The notes below the pieces were generated by a model, which was given only the letters and a program-made list of their open reading frames with translations, made no database searches and had not been told where the DNA came from. A DNA stretch of 64,000 bases from the human T2T-CHM13v2.0 reference genome, Homo sapiens, in assembly GCF_009914755.1 (NCBI RefSeq), contig NC_060937.1; one strand, given 5' to 3'. A program made the translations under genes and the position numbers. Of this stretch, positions 33,833 to 46,735 are shown piece by piece. Numbering within the stretch: position 1 is the stretch's first letter; each line of letters starts with the position of its first letter.

Positions 33833-34135
33833 ACAGTCCAATCGGCCCTCTGTGTTCCAGGGTTCTGCATCCTCAGATTCAACAGACTGCAGGTTGAAAA
33901 TTCACAAAATAAAAATGCTTCTTAAAAAATGGCATTAAAGAGAAAAATACAGTGTAACAACTATTTACATAGCATTTAAATTTTACTGGGTATAAGAAAT
34001 CTAGAGATGATTTTTAAAATATGGGAGGATATGCCTAGGTTATATGCAAGAACAATGCCATTTTCTATCAGGTACTTAAACATCTGAAGATTTTGGTATC
34101 TTCTGGGTTCCCAAAACCAGTCCCCCGATTGTACT
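33833..34135 (+). mobile_element. MER2 (TcMar-Tigger non-autonomous DNA transposon)
   Basis: aatacagtgtaacaactatttacatagcattt...tctagagatgattt...gggaggatatgcctaggttatatgcaa matches the MER2 body; degraded termini. Confidence 0.8.
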
Positions 34136-36591
34136 AGTAAAACCTTGCTTTTGTTAGATTTTGGTTGTTTGAATTTTTTGTGTTGAGTGGAAATAATGAA
34201 TACAATAATCAGAAACACTATTACTTTGAGATATGTTTAATTTGTAAGTAATGTTTATATCTCTTTGAATTTCCCAAGTTGATATAAAAACACATTTATT
34301 TTAGGTTAAGAGGTACCTTTAGCTTTTAAAGATTATTTATGTGTCTGTTCCAGTCTATTGCTTAAACTATAGAATAAACAATTCTTAAGGGTAATATTTA
34401 GTCATGATCATTTATTGGTTAATTTACTTTTTATTTTTATGTCCTTCCTCAAAACTTTCATGAATGTATATACATATAGCAATCAATTTTATCTTTTCTC
34501 TACAGCATTAACATGAGTTATCTTCAGATTTAAAATGCCAAAATCATTGTATTTTACAAACACAATTTAAACACTCATTTGTTTATTCACAATGTTTTCT
34601 TAAACATGTATCTATACATTCTAGGTTCAGGACATGCCACATAATCAATGTGCTAAGTAAGTATGATGTTGTAATTTAATTGTTAGAATTATTTTCTTAA
34701 TGGTATATAAAATGATGATACTTTGTACTTTGCAATCTATGACTTTTCCTATCTGTTGAAATTCTATGTTGATATCCAAGAGGAGGAAAAGATCAGAACG
34801 AACATTTTTAAAGCATTTATTGTTTTCTGGTGACTACATTAAGAGTTTTATGTTTTATATCATATTCATCAAATTATGACTTAAGAATTAGTGTCTTCTT
34901 TTTGCAAAGGATAAAATAGACTTCAAGACATATAAAAACTAGCCTCCTCCAAGTCATATTTTGTAAGTACAATTGTCAGGATCAAATCCCTTGCTTATTT
35001 GCATATACTTTCTCCATTGCAAAAAACAAAACAATAAAACACAACAACAACAACAAAAAGCAAAGCCTAAATTATCACAGATGATGAGAAAATTAACCGA
35101 AATTAAAGAAATGATAATAATAACAAAAATATATTAAATGGCCAATGCAATGGAAAATCGAATACTCTTCCACTAGTTTATAAGCACCATGTAGACAAGG
35201 TCATGTTTGTTTCACTGTCAAATATATAAATGTATCCCTAGCCTTAGAACAGTGCTCAATAAGTATTGACTAAATCATAGAATTTGTCTCAAAGGCTTAT
35301 TTTGTGCATGCACTAGTCATCCAAAAAGAGGTAAAACACCATTAGGTTTCATCAGACTTGATAATAAGTTTCACTACATTTTATATCCTTGGGGAGGACC
35401 AGTGCTCCAAGTCAGAATGACTTACAGAAAAACAACTGCTAAAATAGGCCTTGGAACATTTGAAACCAGATACAGTTTAATGTGGTTTATCCCTCCACTT
35501 AAGTTATGTTTGTGTGTGTGTGTTTGTGTGTGTTTGGTAGAACAAGCAAAGAAGAGGTTTGCTTAATCTTTCGCAGGTTTTAATTTTCTTCTCCAGTTTT
35601 ACATCACGTGAATCCTGCTGCATCTTCCCTGAAAGACTTTTTAAACATTTTTTTTTTCTGTTACTGCTTCTGCCTGCTCAGCCTCCTTCCCCGATCTCTT
35701 AATTCTCTATATCTTCTGTTCTCAACTTAACTCCACCCATTAAATCATCAAAGAAGCTGATTTGGGGTGTGTGCCTGTGTGTGTGTGTTTTAGCTTATTT
35801 TTAGCTAGGACTAGCGCATGTACAAGTGGCCAAAACTAGTGAAGTATAACAAGTTAACAGCAGAGTCAAGGATGACACTATTTAAGGTGCCATTGCTTTG
35901 CATGACACTGAAATAAGCTTATTAACTGCTGGCGAATTCTAAGCTACACCACCTCAAAGTGGTAAAGATTTAAGTCTTTCCAATGTTTGGAGCTAAACGA
36001 ATGCCTAAAATCTTTCTCTTTTTCTCTCTAGCTTTTCTCGGAGTTGAAAGTGATAACACACCACCACATGGTCAAGTGAATCATAACCTGCTGGGGCTTG
36101 AGGTATGGAAGACGAACAGTGGAGGAAAAGGTATCTTCCAGCCTGGTGAAATGCCGTGGAAATGTGAGGCCATTTATTTTTTCTAAATGCCCCAGCAACA
36201 GCTCTCATTCACTTGCAGAAGCAAGAGCTGTTCTGACTACTCACAGTATATGGTGAGATCTTTATTTCTTTGCCTTTTTTTTTACTGTGAGTTTCCTTTT
36301 TTGTCATCATTGACCTTATAATGAATCACTGCACTGTCTGAGTAATGAGGCTGCAGTAGATAAGGTCTCCTGAGAATATGAAGGAAGAAGTATGTTCAGC
36401 AACTGATTACTGACTTATCCACCTGATTATAGTGACCAATCTACTCATATATCTGATTTCAAATGCCCAATACAATGTTAATAATCTTATTAAAACTTCT
36501 TTGCAGTAAAAATCAAACTTCTTTGGTTGATGTTTTTTCTTAAATTTTTAAATTCTAAGTAGAGCAGTAGTTTTAAGATTGCACAATACAA

Positions 36592-37085
36592 ATATTTTAG
36601 TGATGCTTCTGGAAATCCATCTAGCAACTTGTTATTTACAATATACTATTAGTAGTACATTATAAATAACTGAAATCTAAAACATAATTCATAAGGAATA
36701 CAGAAAGAAAATAGAAGGGAGGATATCAGTTTAAATATCATATTTAACAATTTGATACTTGGAAACAAAATAGTTAAAATAATCAATCCCATTTTATTTT
36801 CTTTTTACATTTTATTTTCTTTTTAAGAATTTTGATTTGCTTCTGGAAATATTTTATATTTTAGTGATGTTTCTGGAAATCCATCTAGAAACTTGTTATT
36901 TACAATATGCTATTAGTAGTACATTATAAATATCTGAAATCTAAAACATAATTCATAAGGAATACAGAGAGAAAATAGAAGGGAGGATATCAGTTTAAAA
37001 TAATAATTTAACAATTTGATATTTGGAAACAAAATAGTTAAAATAACGAATCCCATTTTATTTTCTTTTTAAGAATTTTGATTTG
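36592..37085. repeat. Tandem duplication of ~230 bp unique sequence with a 16-bp junction insert
   Basis: Copy 1 is 36592-36839 (including an extra 18-bp microduplication at 36790-36825); copy 2 is 36856-37085. Roughly 95% identical by eye. Confidence 0.95.
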
Positions 37086-38010
37086 GTGACATGCTGGTTT
37101 AGCAATAGCCATAATTATGCTGCCATTTCCTGTTTCCTTTATTAACTAAGAATTTCAAGATGAAGAACCTTATTTCTTATAGAAAGTTAGCTGAGCATTT
37201 TCCTTTCCCTTGTTGGAACTGAAGAATTGAGATAACTCAGAAACCTAACACTTCGATATGAGTTCTAGTGCTAGGAGGATGAGTGTCCTTCATTTTGATC
37301 TTTGCTAACTTTAAGTGACACTTCTCATTACCCCTCACCAGCTCTTCCCCAAAGCATCCTGCCTTTTCACAAGCTGTGAATGAGAACTCTGACTGGCGTT
37401 ACCAATATTGTTTGCTGAGTAATAGTTTGTTTTCAATGTGCGGCTTCAGGATCATTTACTAATTAAAATTGCTTTACCACTGAGAGGTCCCCTGAGGTAT
37501 GCCCTTGTTTATCTGGATTATACCATGAAGTCATAGTTGAATCAATCCTTAGACCATAATTTTCTGCTAATCCAAATGAAAAGTTGGAAATAATAAATTG
37601 ATAAAACTCACACAATTTTATCAGCACACATGTACAATTAGGTTTATCATAAATCAAATAAACACAAACACAGATATCCAATCTGACACAGGAAGACAAA
37701 GCTTAAATGTGGAGCAATGGAACTATATGACTAACTTTTAAATATGCTACTGATAAAGGGGGAAGGGTGAACTTTAAAGAAACTGCATTTTTCTAGTCAA
37801 TTTGTATTTATAATCAAAAAGTTCTGGAGTTATAATATCATAGCCTTTGGGCCTTATTTAACATATCCACGCTTTACGAAATCATCACTCAAGTAAACCA
37901 ATAAAATAACTTAGGCTGACTTTCCCACAGGTTAATATTGTGACATGCTCAGGTCCTCAGTGTTACATTTGTTTAAAGCTGTGGCATGATGAAAAATTAT
38001 CCTTTGTGAG

Positions 38011-38049
38011 TATGTGTGTGTGTGTGTGTGTGTATGTGTGTATGTGTGT
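38011..38049. repeat. Interrupted (TG)n microsatellite
   Basis: tatgtgtg...tgtatgtgtgtatgtgtgt. Confidence 0.9.
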
Positions 38050-38161
38050 TAGGAAGTGGGGATAAGAAAGCCTCAATAACTTTGATTGCTTCAGTGTAGC
38101 TAGCAACATCAAAACAAATATCAAGTATATCAAAGATGAGAACCTAAAGAATGTCACATAA

Positions 38162-38473
<312 letters not shown>

Positions 38474-41064
38474 TCAAAATCAATAAGGAAAATAAGACTT
38501 AAATATCAAACAACTGAACATGAACAATTCCTCTGATTTATATTAATTGTCCAAGACATTGAATATCCAGTGTCCAACATAAGGACTAGCTTGGAGCAGA
38601 CCGTCATACATGTTTGAAGAGTTATGTGGGGAAACAATGGATGGGCGAATGAAGAAACAATGGGTGACATAAGGAGTTGGTGGTGTAGGGTTCTGGTCTG
38701 TTTTATTCATAGTTAATAACTCCAGTTCAAGGGCAAATAAGAGAAGACAAGAAAGTAAGGCCTAAATATTTCAATTTTAAAACATAGTATGTTATAAGAG
38801 AATTAGTAAGTAAAACTATAAGAAAGTGAATGAGTAGATAAGACATAACTAATTGAAACACTTCTATCATAGATTTCTAGCGGGCTGTATCATTTTCTAT
38901 AACTATACAATATCAAGAGTTCCCTTATAGATTTAAAAAGAAATAACAGTGTATATATGATGCTAAATGACACAACTCAGTATCAATTGTTTTACTTCTT
39001 TTTCCCAATTAACTATAAGGAAAAACAGTCTCTATAGGAGAATCTTAACACTACAGCTTAAATGATGTGAAGGGAGATAAACAAAAATACAAGTAAATTG
39101 TCAAGTTCCTGTTTAGGTTGTGGACTTAATGATACTGGCTTATGATATTTCACAAGTGTTTTTGGGAAGATTTCTCATTTATTCTATTTATGAGATTGAT
39201 GTCCTGGATACTTAACATAAAAAAGTATATTTATCCAAAGTAAAACAAAATAAGTCCCTTTCACCATTAATATTTATTGTGTAGCTTAAATGCAGCAGGA
39301 TTCTTCCAAATATGAAGGCAAAAAAACCTGGGCAGAACCTGACAGCCTAAGAGAAAAATGCTGCTGAATTAGCACTTTCCGAGAAGGCCTTAGAGACTAG
39401 ACATATATTATCTTTGGAGTCAATGATAAAAAGAGATTTGAGAAATAAACGTGAGGGTTTTCATGACTATGCAATAAATACATTTTCTAACATAGAAAAG
39501 TGACCTATGTTCTAAAATGTTGTTAATTATATCTTCAAACAGATGGATGTCTATGTGTGTTTATCTGCATATATCTTGACACTAATGACCTGTAAATTAC
39601 TACTGTATCTCCTGACACATGAACCAGACGCATGGAGAGATTCTCGATATAAAAATTAGTTAATCTTTATAAAAATCGAAATATCCTAAGTCTCTTTCAA
39701 ATATAAGATTCACTCAGATTTACTCTGTAATTCATAATTTCCTCTTGTGAATTAGAGATGTGTACATGCCTTGAAGGTTCCATGGAATCCTTTGCAGATA
39801 GAGCCTGATCTAAAATGAGGCATATGTTAAATCTTCTTACACAAGGCCAGGCTCTCATCTTCCTCTGCACCCCACAGTGCTCATTCAAGTGAAGAGTCAT
39901 CTTTGAAGGCAATTGTAGCTTCTTGCTTGGCTGAGCATCATGGAGCTTGGAGCAAGATAAAAAAGGAACTACAGACTTTCACCTAGAATTCTGCTAGCAG
40001 GACACACTGAAAACAGCCAGCCAGACCACTGTGGGATAAGTTTCCTATCCCTTTTGCCACATACAAAGTGTGATATATACTAATTGGCCTACAGTAATTT
40101 CCATCAAACAAATAAGAAAAGTATTTCCAATCATATCCAAGATTTATTTTATTGAAATTCTCTTCTGAAAAATTTGCCTGCCTACTTACACAATTATGCT
40201 ATTTACAGTCTAAATAATTTTATCTGTCTTGGATATGCACAAATAAGACATTCACTTTATTAGTTTTCCTTAAAATAGCTTATAGCAATGTCATCAGGTT
40301 AAGAGAGGATTAATAGTAGTTTGTTATGACTTCCAGGAAAGCTGGAGGTTGAACATGGACACTTTTGTATCATAATCAGCAATTTTCACATCCCTTCCCA
40401 AACAGCAATGGGCTTTTTTTTTTTTAAACAAAGATTCAAACGCCTCACTCAATGCTACTAAACATGAATAAGAATTAAGGAATTGTTCACGTGATTTGGG
40501 TACATAATCAGGTTTAGGAAGCACTGTAGTAGACAACAGTATGACTCCTAGAAACTTATATGAATTCAGGAAAGAATTCATGTTTAAAGTTTATTTTCCA
40601 AAAAATGGAAAACGTGACTTATTTCTCCTTTAAACTATGATATATATTCTCCATGGACAATAAAATCCTTAAAGAGACAGGCATAGTGTTAACATTTTTA
40701 GCCTGTATGTGTCCACTCTATGCACTGTCTCCCCTACCCATCATTTCCTCTATATTCTCAACTTTACCTTTTGTTTAGGCACTTACACCCTCTTACCTGG
40801 CATGTTCCTAAGGCTTCATCCCATCCCTACATCCCATGATACCCTACCCCCAGTCTCCCTTCACTGCAACTTAAAAAATAACTTTCCTAAGGCATAGATA
40901 AAACAGACCCTGTCCTGCTAGTCCCTACATAATAAAATGCAGTCTACTTACACAAGCTTTGAAGCCCCCAATGGAAAAACCCAGCTTAACAGTCAACACT
41001 GTTTTTCTATTAATTTCCTATACCAATAATATCCTTTTGCCAAAATAGAAGGCTAAGGACTTTT

Positions 41065-41368
41065 TCTTTCTTTTCTCTCCTTTTTTTTTTTTTTGAGACG
41101 GAGTTTTGCTCTTGTCGCCCAGGCTGGAGGGCAACAGTGAGACCTCGCCTCACTACAACTTCCACCTCCCAGGTTCAAGCAATTCTCCCGCCTCAGCCTC
41201 CCAAGTAGCTAGGTGCCTGCCACCATGCCCATATAATTTTTGTATTTTTAGTAGAGACAGGGTCTCACCATGTTGGCCAGTCTGGTCTCGAACTCCTGAC
41301 CTCAGGTGATCCACCGCCTCGGCCTCCCAAAGTGCTGGGATTACAGGTGTGAGCCACCGCGCCTGACC
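41065..41368 (-). mobile_element. AluS (Sq/Sx-like), 18-bp TSD with one mismatch
   Basis: TSD agaa(g/a)gctaaggactttt at 41047-41064 and 41369-41386; small internal deletion. Confidence 0.95.
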
Positions 41369-42122
41369 AGAAAGCTAAGGACTTTTCTAATGACATTCCA
41401 CATTTAAACAATCCTATGCGTTTTCCCTTACTGTTTTCTTACCCTATTTGGTACACATATTTCCCAGCTTTCTGCCCAAATCCTGGTAGTTCATTAAGGG
41501 CCATATCAAATTCTGCCTGGACCAGGAAGACTTCCTTGACGCATCCAATATACATTGTTTCTGTGACTTATTAACTTGCTTTGCTTTGCCTATGTTGTTA
41601 TTTTGTAATATACCTCTGGGGCACATGATGTAGTCTATTTTTTAATGTGGTCATCTTATGTTCTGTGCTGTGTCCTCTGCACATGCTTTCCAATTGTGTG
41701 AGCTCAATGTAATTTTTAAATTTAATTATTGAGTTTTTTTTAGACTAATATTTTCATCCTTCACGGAAGAGTAAATACATGCTAGAAAGACTGGTTTACT
41801 TAAGGTTTTGAGAGATACTAGATTAGGGTAGGAAATTATTCTCCACTAAGGGTAAGTAACGAAATGATTTTCCAAAACCATCCACTAAAGAGGGACATAG
41901 ACAGAATTCAAATAGCCTCAAATAATCAAGCCAAAGATTTCTCCTTCAGGCCCATTTCTGAGACCTTGGGTGAAACTCAAGAGAATACAGCTGAATTAGA
42001 GGCCTGAAGCAAGTGAACAGATACTGTTGCAAATGAATCCAAGGCTAAGAACTGAGCATGCCACTGTGTGTGAATGCAGGAGCCGTGACCAGAAGCCAGG
42101 CTTAGTCAGAAACCAAGGACTG

Positions 42123-42136
42123 GTAGCCATGGCAAC
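42123..42136. promoter_or_regulatory. RFX X-box motif GTAGCCATGGCAAC
   Basis: Exact match to GTNRCC-N(0-3)-RGYAAC, inside a locally GC-richer patch (about 42020-42390). Confidence 0.45.
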
Positions 42137-43419
42137 AGGGGCACATCCAGAAGTCAGAGCTGGAAAACAGAGCAGGTCAAACGTGGAGCAGGCTTTTCGC
42201 TGGAGTAGAGAGGTGATGCCAGCAGACCAGACTAGGTGGAGGCCCTGGGACACTCCATGGTGCACAGGCAGCAAGGGAAGTCCTGGTGCCCGGGCCAGAT
42301 GGCATTCTGCTGGATGTCTGGTCGTGGTTCCAGCTGGCTCAAGGTCCCATTTGCTCCTCATGCCACAGATTCCTCTACCTGTCTTCTGATGTTCTGTGTT
42401 TTTTTTTTCTTTTTTTATTTCTCCATATTTTGGATGCTCTCAAAGCAGCCTCATGAAACTATTTTGCCAGAAGCTATGTAAGGTGACCCCACTTGTAGAA
42501 ATGCCAGAAGTAAGTTGAAAGGTAGGTTTTGCTCTTTACCTAGAAGGAGACAATAAATCTTTCTGTACCCTAACAAAATAGTCCAAGAATTTTGTCTCAC
42601 TACCCTGGGCAATTCCAGAATGAGTTTCCAGAAGAATTGTTCTACAATATGTCAGAAATACTGTATTGTTATTAATACTGATTCAAAATACACTAAATAG
42701 ACTACTGTGAGAATCAGAGATCTTCACATTCTATTAACTACTTCCTTATAATGACTTTTATTGATATGGTTTTGACTTGCTATATTTGAGGTATGAGGCA
42801 AAAAGATTTGAATATATGAAATATATTAACAGTTATATTTGTCTTACCAACTTTCTGAAGTAGGTTATTTTTATCACCCTCCTCCTCTTTTATATTTAAG
42901 AAAAATAAAACCTAGATACACTTGTGGACCAAATAAATGTGGAGTTAGATATAAAGAAGGAATCTGTAATGGTAGCCTTAGATTTGAAATAGAAATAATT
43001 TTTTAGGGACATCAAATTTTAGAACTTGTAGGGTCACTGTCAGCACATTTAATCTAAAAATATGAACAGAGTATGTTGAGAAAAGAAAGGGAAAGAAAAA
43101 AAATCTGATAAAATGGATCTAACAGTGGATACAAAATGGCTGTGCCTGATAGTCCCTGGTTTGAGGATTGTGGAAAAAGAAAGGGAAGAAAAGGCTGGAA
43201 GGAGAGAGGGATGGAAAGAAAGGAAGTTGGCTGAGAATGTGTCATCCCTGTGAAAGCTCTTTCCAGTCACAAATGTGGTGGTTCATGAGAGTCTCGTTAT
43301 TTCTAAACATTTGGATATTTTATAAAACATCCATAGTAATGGAAATATAAATATGCTATTTTACAGAATGGATGTTTACACAATCTTAAAATTTTATTTC
43401 CTTATTTTTTTTCTCTCAG

Positions 43420-43540
43420 TGCCTTTTGAGAACCTGTTGAAATCCCTCCAGCAAAATGCAAATGAGCACAGAAACCTGCAAGTACTGTACCTAGGCCCAT
43501 GGACCTAGTGGAGCTGATGGATCATAGGTTAAGAACTCCA
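43420..43540 (-). mobile_element. Degenerate hAT-Charlie-type MITE fragment (Charlie4z-like)
   Basis: ttttgagaacctgttgaaa...aaaatgca...aggttaagaactcc terminus; family assigned from memory. Confidence 0.4.
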
Positions 43541-44102
43541 AATTTATCGTGTTTTATTACTTAGTAGCTTTTATAACTCCTTTTGAATTATGAAATCATT
43601 CTAGGCTCTGTCTACACATAAAAATTGGCATATTTGAACTTGATCTTTTTGCCATAGAGGACTGCCACCATTTTACTCCCCTAAATACATAATTTATTCC
43701 TGACATCTAAAATACACATCTAGTATTATGCACAGTATTGTGTTATATATTATTATAACTTGCCAATATAATTTGAAGGGAACCTATACTTAGCTTCACA
43801 ACTAAATCAATCTTAATAAGTATTTGTCTAAGTAATATTAACTAAGTAGTGGGGAAAAAACCTGCAAATGTGTTCATGAAGCATAGATTTAAATAACTGT
43901 AATTTAAGCTTGTTCTAAAGATTTATGACCAATAGTAAATAAAAAGAATTATGTATTTCTTTGCACATCTAATTTTACAGTGGAATAAACATAATGAATA
44001 AAATCCACTGAATGATTTGAAACAATATGAGCTTCAGGAGCTTGGGAATTACTTATTTGTTTCTCTGTCTCTGTAGATTCTACAGTTTGAATTCCTAGTG
44101 GC

Positions 44103-44150
44103 CTGAGTAAGGCAGATTCATGTGATCTGAGTAAGGCAGATTCATGTGAT
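44103..44150. repeat. Perfect 24-bp tandem duplication
   Basis: ctgagtaaggcagattcatgtgat x2. Confidence 0.97.
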
Positions 44151-45949
44151 CATTTTTCTGTCTCTTTGTTTAGGACAGTTTGAAAAGGTGAGTGACAAGT
44201 ATATAACCAAAACATTGGCAAACCTTTCTTATAAAGGCATGGCTTTTTTAGTAGCATACATGATTTTTGTCAACAAAATTCATATTCAGTCACTTTTCTT
44301 CTGAGAGTTTTTCCAACCTTTCTTTGTCATTCATCTCTCCTACTCTTTAGGAGCCCAAATGCCACAAGATTTTATTTTGCTCATCAATGTCACATCTTTG
44401 ATGGCACCTAAAAACTGCTCTCCACTGAAGGAACCTGAATCCTGAAATCCTGGTAATTCCTTCATTAGTGTCATCCAAACTTCATTCATAAGTGAATTCA
44501 CTCGTTCTTCATTCATTCACTCAAAAACTAAGTAATCTAAATAGCCCCCTTGTTTGATTTAAGCAATTCATAGTAAGATGTGAAAATCTTGGTGAAATAT
44601 AGATGGTAATATGCAGTGGTGACCGAGAGAGCCCTCTAAAAATTTCCAGAGAATCTGGCTTTCATCAGTGAAAATTTGGGGAGCAACTTATTGAAAATCA
44701 TTCCTTCTCTGAAGAATCTCTCTCTCACTTCTTTGCAAAGATATATGTTGAAGGTTTAGTATGCATACGTCAGTTCATTATAATGCAGAGGTATTTGTAT
44801 TGTTAGCCCCAATTATTTTTAAATCTAGAGTCTTTAACAAGTTTTACTCTTTCATAGTAGTATTATGGTCTCAGGTTTGTTTTTAATAATTTCTACTCCA
44901 CTGCTTTAGAATAACTAATTTGATAGACCTAGAATTTTCATCCTCTCTAGGAAAATATTGCACCTAAATATGAGATTTATTTAATCTTATGTTGCATTTG
45001 GCTTTAAATTTGACTTGACCTCATTGAATCTATTTTAATTGTTTTACATCTTCCTGTAAGCAAATGGAATGTCTACATGTGCCCTTGTGCATCTCAGGCT
45101 ACATCATGAATTTTGTTTCCAGCATTTCACCTAGAGAGATAAAATTTAGTTCCTAATTGGTCTGAGACACAAAGAATAAAAACGTAAAGCTAATGCTACC
45201 TATCTCCTAATTTCTATCTCTCCATATCTATTTTGTTCTTTAAAAAATGTCTCATAGTAACTTTTCAACCTCAGCAAACAAGTATGAAAACTCAGGTTGT
45301 TTTCACTCTGAAGATGAACCAGTTTCCAGCCATTGTGTTTTATGTCGGAATTGTCTAACTTAAATTGCGTGTCCTTGGGGCAGAGAGCAGTCTTCTATCT
45401 TTTTTTTGTTGTTGTTTTAACAGAGCCAAGTATTCTGTCACTGTTCTACAAAACAATAAATAATGAAGTAAATTGAAGATGTGTGAATTGTGCCAGCTTG
45501 ACAGAAAATGGAGCCGATGTTCTCAGAGGTGTTACAGCAGTATTTCCTAATGAGCAGCCGGAGCCTCTCTCTAGCATCTCAGAAAACCAAATGGGAATGG
45601 AGGATAAGAAAGTGGAAGTAAAGACAAAAGGGAATATTTATTTGGGATTAACTTGTAGTTACTTGAGCTGATACACCTATACTAAAGGAACAAAGGAAAT
45701 GATGGATCTTTTAACCATCAGGCTTATTGTGTAAACATCATTCTCTTTCATTCCACGGTGGGAAAAACAAACCTTTTCCTCAAATTTGACTTTGTATATA
45801 AAATGTGTTAATAAAACTAAATGTGTTTTAACAAATGTGTTTTAATAAAAACTAACATATTTAATAAAACTAAAAATAAATGATCATATTTGTTCAAAAG
45901 TTCTTACTCTTTTGTTTTTTTGTAAATGAGGCATAAAGAGCTTTGTGCA

Positions 45950-46235
45950 CTTCAGTCTCCACCAAAAGGTACCTCTAAAAGAGGACTTCCTTGAACACCA
46001 TATATAAACTAACTCTGATCCTCTAGCTCCTCCCCAAAGTCACTCTTCCTCTATTCCGTGTTATTTTCCTTATCAAATTCACCACATCTGAAATTATGCG
46101 TTCAGTTTTTTTAAAAAATATTATATCACATTATGAGCATATGCATTTCTGTGATGGAAATGTCTCTGTCTTGTTTTGCTAGCACCTAATAGAATTCTGC
46201 AACATAATAGGTTTCAGTCAATATTTGCAGAAAAG
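45950..46235 (+). mobile_element. L2 3' fragment
   Basis: gaggacttccttgaacacc...gtcttgttttgctagcacctaatagaa...caatatttgcagaa. Confidence 0.55.
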
Positions 46236-46735
46236 TAAAAGACATGCAGCTTTAAAATAACCTAAGTGGTCTAAGTAATCAGTACTTTGGTAACCCTAAT
46301 AGAATGTCAGTAATATCACTAATATCAATGAGATATCCCTAATAGAAAATATGGCATAGAGTATTTAGTCAATATATGATGAAAGAACGAAAGAATTGAG
46401 AATTGAGATAAAAGCTGTATGGACATCATCATCTTAATTATAAATTTTGATCCTAAAATTTAAAGAGGCATCTTTTGAAATACAGAAACTTATCCAACTT
46501 GGTGGCATGCAGTTTTAAAAAGTATGTATATCTATATATTTATACCTTACAGCAGATGATTGGTACTCAGTTAAATGAGAAGAGGAAGGGAAGTGTAAGG
46601 AAAGATGAAAATTGTAGAACACTAACTAAAACAGAAAAGCATATTCTACCTAATTTTGCCTGTTTTCATACATTCACAGGTACTGATGATATATTTGGAA
46701 AAAATTTCACATTATGTATTTTAATGATGTCCATA

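Noticed and set aside
41996-42389. Overlapping 120/121-aa ORFs on both strands
   Set aside because: No recognisable protein; explained by locally higher GC content (fewer stop codons).
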